From a virus (Duplodnaviria; Caudoviricetes), in the IMG/VR virus record IMGVR_UViG_3300010236_000013, positions 1 to 28,938 of that record: a stretch of DNA of 28,938 nt. One strand, 5' to 3'. Position 1 is the stretch's first letter. Each line of letters starts with the position of its first letter. The notes beneath the pieces are model-generated. The model was given only the letters and a program-made list of their open reading frames with translations, ran no database searches and was not told the origin of the DNA. Shown in pieces: positions 1 to 8,999 of this stretch. Made by a program: the position numbers and the translations under genes.

Positions 1-137
1 ACAAGTGCGGCAGTGATTGATATAGACGAGGCTGAGTCGGCGGACGAAATACTGTCCGCCCTTACTTTTCTTATTTCAGAAATGGGCGGCTACCCCGCCC
101 TTTTGCTTGAACAATACCAGCATGGAGTGAGGAGGAT

Positions 138-548
138 GTGTTCATGCAAATAGATTTTAAGATTAGCAGTCAGGTTGTAGCAAGCCTGACATCAATGAGG
201 GACCAAACCTTTAACGCTTACAACGATAGTATAAATGCTTTGGAGAAGGCTGGTACCGTTGAGGAGTTCATGCGTATCAAACGTGACTTGTTAAAGAAGC
301 TAGTCAGGAAGTTGCCTTTAGGAGCATCAACGTGTTACTTCTGCAGGAAGTATGAAATGAGTTGTTATGCGTGTGAGTACGGGAAGGTACATGGTAAGTG
401 TGTGAAGGGGAATCGTGCATCTGGTGAGATAGGGATAATCTACCACGCTAGGGACATCTTACATAAAACATTAGATTGTTATTACTCCAGCGAGGAGTAC
501 GACACACCACTTACTGACGAGGAGATCATTATGGCGAACATAGCTTAA
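138..548 (+). CDS. hypothetical phage protein with Cys/His cluster
   Basis: 136-aa ORF, GAGGAGG RBS upstream; C-x2-C...C-x2-C...H-x2-C (CYFC, CYAC, HGKC). Confidence 0.75.
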   Translation: MFMQIDFKISSQVVASLTSMRDQTFNAYNDSINALEKAGTVEEFMRIKRDLLKKLVRKLPLGASTCYFCRKYEMSCYACEYGKVHGKCVKGNRASGEIGIIYHARDILHKTLDCYYSSEEYDTPLTDEEIIMANIA

Positions 549-606
549 TGCCCTGCGTTCCGCCCATTCAAGTAGTGGGCGGGCTGGAGTGCATTAATGG
601 AGGGAG

Positions 607-1107
607 GTGAAACTTATGCCCCAAAAATGGGTCGAGCCTCAAGTATTTATGGAATACCGAGGCGTAAAGGTTTACTACCTTTACAAGGATAACGACTGGG
701 AAAGGCCGTTGGATGACATGTTCACGCTCTCAAGTGATGATAACGAGCATCATCCAGACATGGAGTTTACCATGTGTGAACTCCCTACCTATGACCTCCC
801 CACGGAGGCGAATCATCTGGTGATACGTCGGGCGATTGATGAAGGGCTGCTTGACGCACAGATTAAGAGTGCGGGGCAAGAACTAACTCCCCTAATAACA
901 GAGGATCAGTTAGCAAGGATTCTGGTGGATGTTATTGTGGAGGGTATAGGCTACACATTCGCTGGGCGTGTGTTGTCCTCTGACGTACACACGTTTGCTA
1001 AAGAAGGCATACCAATTCCGGGAGTAGTGTTGATGGATAGGGAAGGACACAAATATTTTCTAACGGTATCAAGCCGTGACACATTCAAAAGAATGAAAGG
1101 AGTATGA
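607..1107 (+). CDS. hypothetical early phage protein
   Basis: 166-aa ORF with GGAGG RBS; stop overlaps next start (ATGA). Confidence 0.75.
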   Translation: MKLMPQKWVEPQVFMEYRGVKVYYLYKDNDWERPLDDMFTLSSDDNEHHPDMEFTMCELPTYDLPTEANHLVIRRAIDEGLLDAQIKSAGQELTPLITEDQLARILVDVIVEGIGYTFAGRVLSSDVHTFAKEGIPIPGVVLMDREGHKYFLTVSSRDTFKRMKGV

Positions 1108-1364
1108 CTGTGAGTATTCAGTTGTTATTTAGTGAGGACATCCAAGAAAAACGTCAAGCACTCAGCGGAGTGAGTGCAAAGCCAAAGAAGAACCCTAAAA
1201 AGATTGTAATGTCGGAGAGATTCGACCGCCGCAAGAAAGGGATGCAGGACTTCAGAACAAGTCCTGCTTCTGCTTTTAATGTGGCGGATTTGAGCGAGCA
1301 GGACGCTGTTCAGAAAGGAATGTGGAGCGTTTGGTGGTGGTGCTTATCGAGGGGGGCGATGTAG
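1104..1364 (+). CDS. hypothetical protein
   Basis: 86-aa ORF, AAGGAG RBS, coupled to upstream gene. Confidence 0.55.
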   Translation: MTVSIQLLFSEDIQEKRQALSGVSAKPKKNPKKIVMSERFDRRKKGMQDFRTSPASAFNVADLSEQDAVQKGMWSVWWWCLSRGAM

Positions 1365-1574
1365 TTGTTTAACACCACACTTAATAAGGCTCAAGTAGTA
1401 CGGTTGAGGACAATGTGCGAAAGGTGTGGGTACAGCCTAGAGAAAGAGGGGCAAACGTGGGTTGTTGTTAAAGGGAATGGAACGTGTCATTCCGTGTATG
1501 TTACGGACGACGTGCGACACGTTTTCCCAAGGACAACAACGTCATGGATATTACATGGTGAAAACATGAAATAA
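1365..1574 (+). CDS. hypothetical protein
   Basis: 69-aa ORF, TTG start directly after previous stop, GAGGGGG RBS. Confidence 0.55.
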   Translation: MFNTTLNKAQVVRLRTMCERCGYSLEKEGQTWVVVKGNGTCHSVYVTDDVRHVFPRTTTSWILHGENMK

Positions 1575-1585
1575 GAAAAGGAGAA

Positions 1586-1849
1586 ATGAACATGGTTAAA
1601 AAATCGACTGAAATAATTTTTCGCGAGGGAATTGAATTGTTGTATCAGGCGTTGGTTGCTATTGAACATGAGCATGGTTCAAGCGCCGCAATCGGGTGTT
1701 GGTGTTTTGTGAACGGTGTCCTGTGGAAAGGCGCTGTTGAGAACATGCTGCCCAATGAGTTGGCAGAGGCGTTGGCCCTTCTGCAAGAGGGCTTGGAACT
1801 GGCGGGCATAACTGCCAGCATTTCATACAACAAAGAGGAGGTGTGCTAA
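1586..1849 (+). CDS. hypothetical protein, paralog 1 of tandem trio
   Basis: AAGGAG RBS; C-terminal LLQEGLELAGITASISY resembles the next two ORFs. Confidence 0.7.
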   Translation: MNMVKKSTEIIFREGIELLYQALVAIEHEHGSSAAIGCWCFVNGVLWKGAVENMLPNELAEALALLQEGLELAGITASISYNKEEVC

Positions 1850-2115
1850 TGAACGTAACTCATGCTGATTTGATTGGTGCAAAGGACTTAATTGCTAGTG
1901 CAATGAATGAAGCCCTCCAGAAGTACGACTTCGGCGGGATGCTGGGCGGGTACTTCGCTATCTCAGCAAACTTCTGGAAGGCTAATGTGGAAACATTCTC
2001 TCCAGAGGAGGTTCGCGGTATGTTAGGGCTACTCGCCAAAGGCTTGGCGCTGTCTGGTATCAAGGCCACTTTTGAGTACGGTGTTGAAGGAGAAGAAACC
2101 GAGGAGGTGGGCTAG
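1843..2115 (+). CDS. hypothetical protein, paralog 2 of tandem trio
   Basis: GAGGAGG RBS (true start may be ATG 1849); C-terminal LLAKGLALSGIKATFEY. Confidence 0.7.
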   Translation: MLMNVTHADLIGAKDLIASAMNEALQKYDFGGMLGGYFAISANFWKANVETFSPEEVRGMLGLLAKGLALSGIKATFEYGVEGEETEEVG

Positions 2116-2333
2116 TGGACTTCGATTTCGATAAGGATAATGCAAAATCAGCGGTATTCATGTTGCGCACGCTACTAGGAGTCATTGAGGACACGATGGG
2201 TCCTGTAATAGCCTGTTGTGCGTTGGTTACAGTGTTCGGGACCGCAGTAGAGCGTATGTATGACTGTGATCCTGCACTGGCAGATGTGACAATGAAAACA
2301 CTGTGTAAGGGACTGGCGGATGCGGGATTCTAG
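2115..2333 (+). CDS. hypothetical protein, probable paralog 3 (shorter)
   Basis: GAGGAGG RBS; C-terminal TLCKGLADAGF. Confidence 0.65.
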   Translation: MDFDFDKDNAKSAVFMLRTLLGVIEDTMGPVIACCALVTVFGTAVERMYDCDPALADVTMKTLCKGLADAGF

Positions 2334-2371
2334 CTAGTCGTTTAAGTTTAATAAGTAGTTAGTTAACTCAC

Positions 2372-2411
2372 ATGCGGAGGCCCTGGTGAAAGCCAGGGCT
2401 TCTGGCATTTT
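2372..2411 (+). terminator. GC-rich hairpin with GAAA loop followed by T-run; intrinsic terminator-like
   Basis: ATGC-GGAGGCCCTGGT-GAAA-GCCAGGGCTTCT-G-GCAT-TTT in the intergenic gap. Confidence 0.55.
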
Positions 2412-2435
2412 AAAAATTACAAGGAGGTAGATTTC

Positions 2436-4178
2436 ATGGAAAGTGAATTTAGTTTTGAACAGGAGGCGTCATTCGACGCCATGTATAGGATTTTTGATTG
2501 TTGGTCGGGTCTGCCCTACACTGCCACAGGCCGTAACCGTTTCGAGTCTGCATGGCGTGAAGCTAAGTCCAAGTTCCTGGAATTGTTAGGGCCAACTGGC
2601 CGGATAACATTGACAGGAACGACTGAAGTTACGAGGCACGATGGCAGTATAGTCCTGGAAACTACCCGCACTTGGTTGAATAAAAAATATGAAGAACTTC
2701 CTGGTACTAGGGACATTGATGCGATACGTGCAAAGGATTTAATCGAGACGTTGATTTATGGAGGCGGTCCGTACTTAGCGATTACTCCTATGGAAGTGGC
2801 TGAGAACCGCCTACTTGAACCACGTGATGACTTCCGTGAGGGGCGTCGTGGTAAGAGTATTCAGAAAGGCACCAAGCTGGGTGGTTTCGTGAGGATGGCA
2901 GCTGAGTATCATGGTTACAACGAGGCTGTTGCGGACTTGGCTATTCAAGCGTTAAGTATAGCTACCTCGGCCTTGAAGAACCGTAACTATACTGTTGTCC
3001 TTAGCGTCAACCCACTGGACATGCTCCTGGTGAGTGAGCATACCACAGGTTGGCGGTCCTGCCACGCCGCAGGCAACGGTGAGTGGGCAACAGGGCCGTT
3101 GTCATACATGCTTGACGACGTAACAGCAGTGGCATACGCCTATGAGACACATAGGGAGATGAAAGCATGTGGAGAGAACCTGCCTCAGAAAGTTTGGAGA
3201 CAGATGGTTTACTTTGACTTTGGACATAGAAGCGCCCTCATGTCAAGGGAGTATCCACAAGAGAAGCCTGGTCTAGCGCACTTGGCACGCAAGCTGTCGG
3301 CGATCCTGTTGGCAAAGGCCGATGGAGTTGAGATAGAAGAGGGAGATTCACCTCACTGGTTGATAAAGGCAGTGAACGGTGCAGGTTGCATGGTACGAGG
3401 CGATGAGGGCGATGACGATGAGTATAATTCATATCGTGTTGGAACCAGTTATTCATATAACAAATGTGGGCAATGGCACTACACCGATGCACCAACGTGC
3501 AGAGTACGCCTACAAAATGGTACTGCTCCTAGAATTGACGTCGGTGTTGAAGAGATCGTATGCCCGCTGTGCGGTGCAGAGCGTGACGATTGTATAGGAG
3601 GTTCCTGCACATCACTGTTCTGCCCAGACTGCTTCGCATCAGGGACGCCATGCTACGAGTGTGGGCATCCAATAAGTGATGGTGACATTTACTGGGTTGA
3701 TGGCGATGCGTATTGTTATGAGTGCTTCCATGATAATTACTACTATTGCTCCCGATGTAATGCGATTGTGTTTAATGACGATGAAAACACAGGCGCTGAT
3801 GGGGGATTGTATTGTGATAGTTGTTATAGTGATTTGTTCGACGAGTGCTGCGAGTGCTACTCGACAATTTACCTAGACGACGCCCAGCGTGATACATATG
3901 ACAATGTTTACTGCCCAAGGTGCTTTGAGGAACATACGTGTGAGTGCAGTGAGTGCGGTGAAGTTTATCCTAATAATGAAACTCAACATGAGGTGTTGGA
4001 TGGTAAGGAGGGTACTGTCAATGTTTGTAGGAATTGCTTTACTGGTGCAGATGTTGTAAGGCATTGTAGTAGTTGTAATGAGTATTTCCTGGTTGATGCT
4101 ATGTATGATGTTGAGTTGTGCACTAATTGCCATGAGATATTAGTTGAAGAGGAGGCCGAAGCTGAATGTATAGCTTAA
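2436..4178 (+). CDS. phage protein: unknown N-terminal domain plus C-terminal tandem CxxC zinc-finger repeats
   Basis: 580 aa, AGGAGG RBS; about 12 CxxC motifs in the C-terminal 200 aa; central LSVNPLDML...GWRSCH...LSYMLD segment. Confidence 0.85.
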   Translation: MESEFSFEQEASFDAMYRIFDCWSGLPYTATGRNRFESAWREAKSKFLELLGPTGRITLTGTTEVTRHDGSIVLETTRTWLNKKYEELPGTRDIDAIRAKDLIETLIYGGGPYLAITPMEVAENRLLEPRDDFREGRRGKSIQKGTKLGGFVRMAAEYHGYNEAVADLAIQALSIATSALKNRNYTVVLSVNPLDMLLVSEHTTGWRSCHAAGNGEWATGPLSYMLDDVTAVAYAYETHREMKACGENLPQKVWRQMVYFDFGHRSALMSREYPQEKPGLAHLARKLSAILLAKADGVEIEEGDSPHWLIKAVNGAGCMVRGDEGDDDEYNSYRVGTSYSYNKCGQWHYTDAPTCRVRLQNGTAPRIDVGVEEIVCPLCGAERDDCIGGSCTSLFCPDCFASGTPCYECGHPISDGDIYWVDGDAYCYECFHDNYYYCSRCNAIVFNDDENTGADGGLYCDSCYSDLFDECCECYSTIYLDDAQRDTYDNVYCPRCFEEHTCECSECGEVYPNNETQHEVLDGKEGTVNVCRNCFTGADVVRHCSSCNEYFLVDAMYDVELCTNCHEILVEEEAEAECIA

Positions 4179-5176
4179 ATGATAAATGGGTTTTCCAGCT
4201 TGGTGTACAGGAGCTTGCAGTTGAGTTGTACAGGGAGCTGTGCGCTCATGGCTACAACAAGATCACGTCAGGTAAGGAGTTCATGTATGCGTCTGGTAGG
4301 ATTCCTATTCTTCTGATTGCTCACGTTGACACGGTGCATAGGGAATTACCCAAGGATTTATTCTATGATGAAGCTCAGGGAGTGTTGTGGTCGCCGCAAG
4401 GGGTAGGTGCCGACGATAGGGCTGGAGTGCTGGCGATACTTGAAATACTGAGGCGTGGTTACAAGCCGCATATCCTCTTCACTGACGGTGAAGAAGTAGG
4501 ATGTACCGGAGTGCGTGAAGCAGTAAACAAGCTGAAAGACCCAGGCATACGGTACGTCGTGGAGTTAGACCGTACGGGATTTGGTGAGGCAGTGTTCTAC
4601 GATTGTGAGAACCCAGTGTTCACGCAGTACGTCCTCGACTTCGGCTTCAAGGAACACTTCGGTACGTTCACTGACATCACGACGCTGTGCCCTCGGTGGA
4701 AGGTAGCAGGAGTAAACCTATCATGTGGGTATTACGAGGCACATACCACAAGGGAATACCTGCGCATACCAGAGTTGAAGTACACCGTGGACTGCCTTGA
4801 AAAGATGTTGCAGAATCCTCCGAAGAAAAGGTTTAGATACATGTATGCAAAGACAGTAAGTGTGGCATATGGTTATAACTGGTGGGACCGTGACAACTTC
4901 AACACGGACTGGAGGAGTCTATACGGCGGTGGTAGTGGTACATCAACTGCACGTTTTGGGACAGCGGCTGATGAGTTCCTGATGTATGTGGATGCCTTTG
5001 AATTAGCAACTATGTATGGCGGATCAACATCCTATTGGGACAACTGGTTGGAGGAGCACCACAGTGAATTGTTAAAACGCACAGAAGAGTCCCTGTGGAA
5101 TCTGGTTGATATATATGCAACGGGCGGTGCAACTTGCCCTGAAGAAGTGGAAGAAGGTAGCGTGAGTCCAGTTTAA
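4166..5176 (+). CDS. M28/M20-family zinc metallopeptidase
   Basis: Motifs AHVDTVH, GADDRAG, DGEEVG, ELDR and a C-terminal His (AHT). Confidence 0.85.
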   Translation: MYSLNDKWVFQLGVQELAVELYRELCAHGYNKITSGKEFMYASGRIPILLIAHVDTVHRELPKDLFYDEAQGVLWSPQGVGADDRAGVLAILEILRRGYKPHILFTDGEEVGCTGVREAVNKLKDPGIRYVVELDRTGFGEAVFYDCENPVFTQYVLDFGFKEHFGTFTDITTLCPRWKVAGVNLSCGYYEAHTTREYLRIPELKYTVDCLEKMLQNPPKKRFRYMYAKTVSVAYGYNWWDRDNFNTDWRSLYGGGSGTSTARFGTAADEFLMYVDAFELATMYGGSTSYWDNWLEEHHSELLKRTEESLWNLVDIYATGGATCPEEVEEGSVSPV

Positions 5177-5190
5177 GGAGGGAATAAGAT

Positions 5191-5415
5191 GTGGAACAGG
5201 TTACGTCTAAGGAAGTGGACACTTATAGCGAAGGGAGGTTGTATCAGATGATGAACTTCTGTTCAGTGAAGGAAGCAGCACAGATGCTCGGTGTAGGGCT
5301 GAGTTTCATATATGAAAGAGTGCGGTGCGGTGCGATTAAGTCAGTGCGGTTTGGTAGAGTAATTCGGATTCCTGTTGACGAGATAGAGCGCATGTGCAAG
5401 GAAGGTGTTGCGTAG
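5191..5415 (+). CDS. xis: excisionase-family (HTH_17) DNA-binding protein
   Basis: SVKEAAQMLGV..S.IY....G.I..VRFGR.IRIP signature; stop overlaps integrase start. Confidence 0.85.
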   Translation: MEQVTSKEVDTYSEGRLYQMMNFCSVKEAAQMLGVGLSFIYERVRCGAIKSVRFGRVIRIPVDEIERMCKEGVA

Positions 5416-6494
5416 TGCCAACCTACTACAAGAAGAAGGATGGGACATACTGGTTCAGATACAACGCGCCAAGGCACCCTGGTGGTAAACGCAACCAACC
5501 AAGGATGTACGGCGGTAAGAATATGAAGGAGGCCAGAGCAACATTCGCCAGGTTACTCCTCGACATGCAACAAGGAACATACACGGAGCCGAGCAAACTA
5601 ATGCTCGGTTCCTTTTTGGGGGAGTGGTTAGCTGCCCGAAGACCTAACATAGCGCCGAGGACATACGACGCATACGCCAACAACGTGCGGAATCACATAG
5701 TGCCAGCTCTTGGTGATACGTTGATAAGGAATTTAAGCCCATTGCAGATACAGACATTCTACACAAATATGTTGAAGGAACTCGAACCTTCAACAGTTCT
5801 GCAGATACACAGGGCTTTATCCAGTGCGTTAAGATACGCACTAAAGTTGGGGCACATTGTGATTAATCCGATAGACCGAGTAACTCCCCCACGTCCAGCC
5901 AGGAGAATCAGGTACGTGTTATCGGACGATGATGAGGAAATGATTCTCAAGCGTTTTAGTAAGTCAAGAGTGATGTACTTACCTGTGGCCATAGCACTTG
6001 ATACAGGGATGCGTATTGGTGAAGTGGCCGGACTGCAATGGCAGGACGTGGACCTCGTAGAAGGATACATCCACGTGCGCCAGACCTATGGTTATACAAG
6101 TGAGCACGGGTACTGTGCTAGTGTGCCTAAGAGCCGCAACAGCGTCAGGCACATAGCTATTCCAAAAAGGCTGCACGCCACGTTGAGTAGTTTCCGAGAA
6201 CGTCGCCGCCCTGCGGGTGACGATTACGTGTGCATAAATATGAAAGGACGTCCGGTTAAGCCCACAGATGTATCAACAAGGTTCACTGTTGTAATGCGTG
6301 AGTTGGGTTTGGATGTGAAGTTCCACGGCCTCCGGCACTCGCACGCATCTAAGCTGTGTGCTAAGGGAGTTAGCCCAGCATTGGTAGCCGAGCGTTTGGG
6401 GGACGCAATACAAACAGTGATGAGTACATACGTGCATAACCCACATGGGTTGCAGAAGTACATGATTGATAAGTTAGATGAGGAGCGTGATTGA
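5415..6494 (+). CDS. int: tyrosine recombinase / phage integrase
   Basis: TGMRIGE (R), PKS (K), FHGLRHSH (HxxR), RLGD, TYVH (Y). Likely GTG start at 5415 overlapping the xis stop (ORF track starts at 5394). Confidence 0.93.
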   Translation: MPTYYKKKDGTYWFRYNAPRHPGGKRNQPRMYGGKNMKEARATFARLLLDMQQGTYTEPSKLMLGSFLGEWLAARRPNIAPRTYDAYANNVRNHIVPALGDTLIRNLSPLQIQTFYTNMLKELEPSTVLQIHRALSSALRYALKLGHIVINPIDRVTPPRPARRIRYVLSDDDEEMILKRFSKSRVMYLPVAIALDTGMRIGEVAGLQWQDVDLVEGYIHVRQTYGYTSEHGYCASVPKSRNSVRHIAIPKRLHATLSSFRERRRPAGDDYVCINMKGRPVKPTDVSTRFTVVMRELGLDVKFHGLRHSHASKLCAKGVSPALVAERLGDAIQTVMSTYVHNPHGLQKYMIDKLDEERD

Positions 6495-6757
6495 TGATGA
6501 CTAATAAGGAGTTTCGTTCTATTAAAACGCAGTATGGTGATGGAGTTTTTGCACAGATACGCTGGAGTATATGGGATTTAGAGGAAGTGTTTAACTATTA
6601 CAATGTTAAGTTCACAAAAGAAAATGTGGAGAAGTTTTTGGCCACACGTGTTGCCAGAGGGATAGAGGATTATTCTGTAGAAGCAGGTTGGGATATACTG
6701 GATGATTTTGTTGGTAGTGCAGTACAGGATGGTGTTTTTGAGGAGCGTGATGATTGA
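6491..6757 (+). CDS. hypothetical protein
   Basis: 88-aa ORF coupled to int, GAGGAG RBS. Confidence 0.7.
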   Translation: MMMTNKEFRSIKTQYGDGVFAQIRWSIWDLEEVFNYYNVKFTKENVEKFLATRVARGIEDYSVEAGWDILDDFVGSAVQDGVFEERDD

Positions 6758-7218
6758 TGAGATATTATGGATGCCCCATGTGTGGAAGCGTTTATGAGGA
6801 GGCTGAATGGAACCAGAGAACTAGGGGACATTGTGGCCCCAGGATTACTGAGCTTAGTGAAGACTCTGGTGATACTGCATACTTCGTGTGCAGTAATCGT
6901 GATTGTAACCAGCACATCCGGGGACGTGATCTTATCAAGTACGGCCCGAATCGGCAACACTCCAATGAAAGGACATTACTACTGGAACAGTTTGATACAA
7001 TGAAGAACTGTCAGAATTGTATCAACGTAAGAGGAGATAAAAGACATTGTAAGTTCAGAGATCATCGCCCCTATGAATGTTGGACTAATCCAGGGAATTT
7101 TGTGCACTGGGTAAATGACAAGATTGTTAACCCAAGACAACTCCACAATCTCACTGACGACGAACTACGTGAGGTAATTGAGAAAATGGGAGGTGTTGCT
7201 GTTGAAAAAGATGCCTGA
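6754..7218 (+). CDS. hypothetical zinc-ribbon protein
   Basis: CPMC, CSNRDC and CQNC motifs; coupled start. Confidence 0.7.
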   Translation: MMRYYGCPMCGSVYEEAEWNQRTRGHCGPRITELSEDSGDTAYFVCSNRDCNQHIRGRDLIKYGPNRQHSNERTLLLEQFDTMKNCQNCINVRGDKRHCKFRDHRPYECWTNPGNFVHWVNDKIVNPRQLHNLTDDELREVIEKMGGVAVEKDA

Positions 7219-7465
7219 GATACCTGTTTGGTACACACAGAGGGGACAGGGCATACCAATCAACCGCATGACTGATTCGCACTTGACTAACACAATAAAC
7301 TATTTAGAGTCTATGCTTAGTCAAATGCCACCTGCAAACCCCAACGTGTGGGAACCTGCAAGGGAAAGTGTTGTTGAGTGGATAGCCAAACTGCGTGCCG
7401 AACGTACGCGCAGGTACGAACATAAATTTGCAATAACTGAGGAGGGTGATTGTTATAATAGATGA
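7202..7465 (+). CDS. hypothetical phage protein
   Basis: GGAGG at 7189-7193 fits TTG 7202 (or ATG 7211); W.T..G..I.I..M...HL.N.I..L pattern. Confidence 0.65.
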   Translation: MKKMPEIPVWYTQRGQGIPINRMTDSHLTNTINYLESMLSQMPPANPNVWEPARESVVEWIAKLRAERTRRYEHKFAITEEGDCYNR

Positions 7466-7550
7466 GTTAGTTAAGGCAATATCCCTGCAGAGTATCGGGT
7501 TGATGATTGTGTGTGCCGCATTTCTGTGGCACGTGGTGGGGCATAAATAA
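7446..7550 (+). CDS. possible 34-aa membrane peptide
   Basis: MIVIIDELVKAISLQSIGLMIVCAAFLWHVVGHK, hydrophobic, after GAGGAGG. Start uncertain; below the ORF-track cutoff. Confidence 0.35.
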   Translation: MIVIIDELVKAISLQSIGLMIVCAAFLWHVVGHK

Positions 7551-7613
7551 TACTTACCCATTCACCCCAAAAAATAATCGAATGTGCCAAAAATGTGCCA
7601 ATAATAGCAGACT

Positions 7614-7643
7614 GGCCCCTAGCTCATAACTAGGGGCCTTGTT
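7614..7643 (+). terminator. hairpin, terminator-like
   Basis: GGCCCCTAG-CTCATAA-CTAGGGGCC then TTGTT, at the end of the + operon. Confidence 0.6.
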
Positions 7644-7705
7644 GCTATTGAGGTTTGCATTTCAACCGATAAGTATTGTCAATACTATGTATTGAGGTAC
7701 ATGCA

Positions 7706-7752
7706 AAAAGCGTGCCAGGCGTTCATGCCATGAGACGCCTGGCTTTTACTTT
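7706..7752. terminator. bidirectional intrinsic terminator
   Basis: GCCAGGCGT...ACGCCTGGC stem with an A-run on the left and a T-run on the right, just past the repressor stop. Confidence 0.65.
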
Positions 7753-7765
7753 GTGTGAGCTGTTG

Positions 7766-8692
7766 TCACTGCACATCATTCCCGCTATTCGCGGTGTCCT
7801 GTGTGCCAATTATGTGCCGATTTTCACCGAGTGCCAAGTTCGTGACGAATCTAATAGCGGCAAGGATCATGTTCTCATGGATGCCCGAACGACGTGCTGT
7901 TTCTATAGCGTCCATAAGAGTGTCATCATCCTGCAAAATTGGAGGACGAGTGCGTATGTAAACTGCTGATGCCAGCACACGTGCATGAGTGCCGACGTAG
8001 TAATGCACATCTTTCTTACCAGTGGCAGGTGTCAGTGCGATCCTACCGTCCTTTGTGATGCAATAGTAAAGGCCAACCTCACTATTCACTTCCGCAACCA
8101 CAAGGCTACCTGAAGTCAAAGCGTTCAGGTTATCGTCCCACTTGGCAAACACTGTGGTACCAGAAGGGAGGTGGTACATATCCATATCCACAAAGTACGC
8201 TAGAGTGGCATCATCTTTGTCCGGTACCCATTCGGATAAGCCATCGTAGTTAACAACCGTAATTTTCTTAAGGATTCTACTAAGTTGCGGTTCTTGGTGT
8301 GATAATGTGTCTCGCCTTTTTTCAATCGCAGTAATTTTGTGTAGTATCTTTAGTGCGTCACGTAGTTTCTTAGCACGTTCGTTAACCGCGATTTCAGGAT
8401 CATTCGCTTCCTCAATAAGTTTAGCGTACTCGTGTCTGTGTGTATTGAGTACTTCCTCAATAGTGTTAATTTCTTCTGCACCGCTAACATTAAAGTAATT
8501 CAGTGGGACATCGAAGTAGCTGGCTAGTAGATTCATGTTGTATAACTCAGGCTTTCTAAAACCAGATACCCACATTTGTAACGTGCTTGCATTTACACCG
8601 ATGCGCCTAGCGAGTACCCTGCGTGACAGACCAGTAGCCTCTACTAATGCTGCTAACCGTGCGTAGTTAAAATCTTTGACACGTTCTGACAT
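7766..8692 (-). CDS. CI-like XRE-family repressor
   Basis: N-terminal HTH (LSRRVLARRIGVNASTLQMWVSGFRKP...LASYFDV); divergent from the cro-like gene. ATG 8692 preferred for its GGGGG RBS (ORF track starts at 8722). Confidence 0.85.
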   Translation of the reverse strand: MSERVKDFNYARLAALVEATGLSRRVLARRIGVNASTLQMWVSGFRKPELYNMNLLASYFDVPLNYFNVSGAEEINTIEEVLNTHRHEYAKLIEEANDPEIAVNERAKKLRDALKILHKITAIEKRRDTLSHQEPQLSRILKKITVVNYDGLSEWVPDKDDATLAYFVDMDMYHLPSGTTVFAKWDDNLNALTSGSLVVAEVNSEVGLYYCITKDGRIALTPATGKKDVHYYVGTHARVLASAVYIRTRPPILQDDDTLMDAIETARRSGIHENMILAAIRFVTNLALGENRHIIGTQDTANSGNDVQ

Positions 8693-8753
8693 AATAATAC
8701 CCCCATCAACAAAATTCGACATACGAAACGCACGTAAAACGCACCAACGGTAA

Positions 8754-8786
8754 ACACTTGACGTGTGTACACTTAAAGTGTATACT
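8754..8786 (+). promoter_or_regulatory. sigma-A type promoter overlapped by two palindromic operators
   Basis: TTGACG (8758-8763), 17 bp, TATACT (8781-8786); ACAC-N5-GTGT at 8754-8766 and 8769-8781. Confidence 0.75.
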
Positions 8787-8807
8787 ATAATTAGAGGTGA
8801 TTAATGC

Positions 8808-8999
8808 GTGCGTCCAAAACTGTTAGAATTAAGACAACTACTTAAGAAGTCACAAGAACAAATGGCGCGTGACATTGGGATTAGTACCTCACACTGGCGT
8901 CAGTTAGAGCTTGGTACACGTAATCCGTCACTTGGATTAGCTACTAAGATAGCAAAACTGGCTGACGCTACAGTTGACCAAATGTTCCCAGAAGAGTAA
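8808..8999 (+). CDS. Cro-like XRE HTH protein
   Basis: 63 aa, SQEQMARDIGISTSHWRQLELGTRNPS; GAGGTG RBS. Confidence 0.9.
   Translation: MRPKLLELRQLLKKSQEQMARDIGISTSHWRQLELGTRNPSLGLATKIAKLADATVDQMFPEE

Larger units (their letters stand above)
7581..7837. other. candidate attP with integrase arm-type direct repeats
   Basis: TGTGCC(A) pairs with 11-bp period at 7581-7601 (AATGTGCCAA x2) and 7802-7821, plus GAGTGCCAA at 7829, flanking a largely non-coding gap between convergent genes. Confidence 0.6.

Noticed and set aside
39-104. Hairpins as terminators
   Set aside because: They lie in a frame open from base 1 to 153, probably the tail of an upstream gene; cannot be resolved at the window edge.
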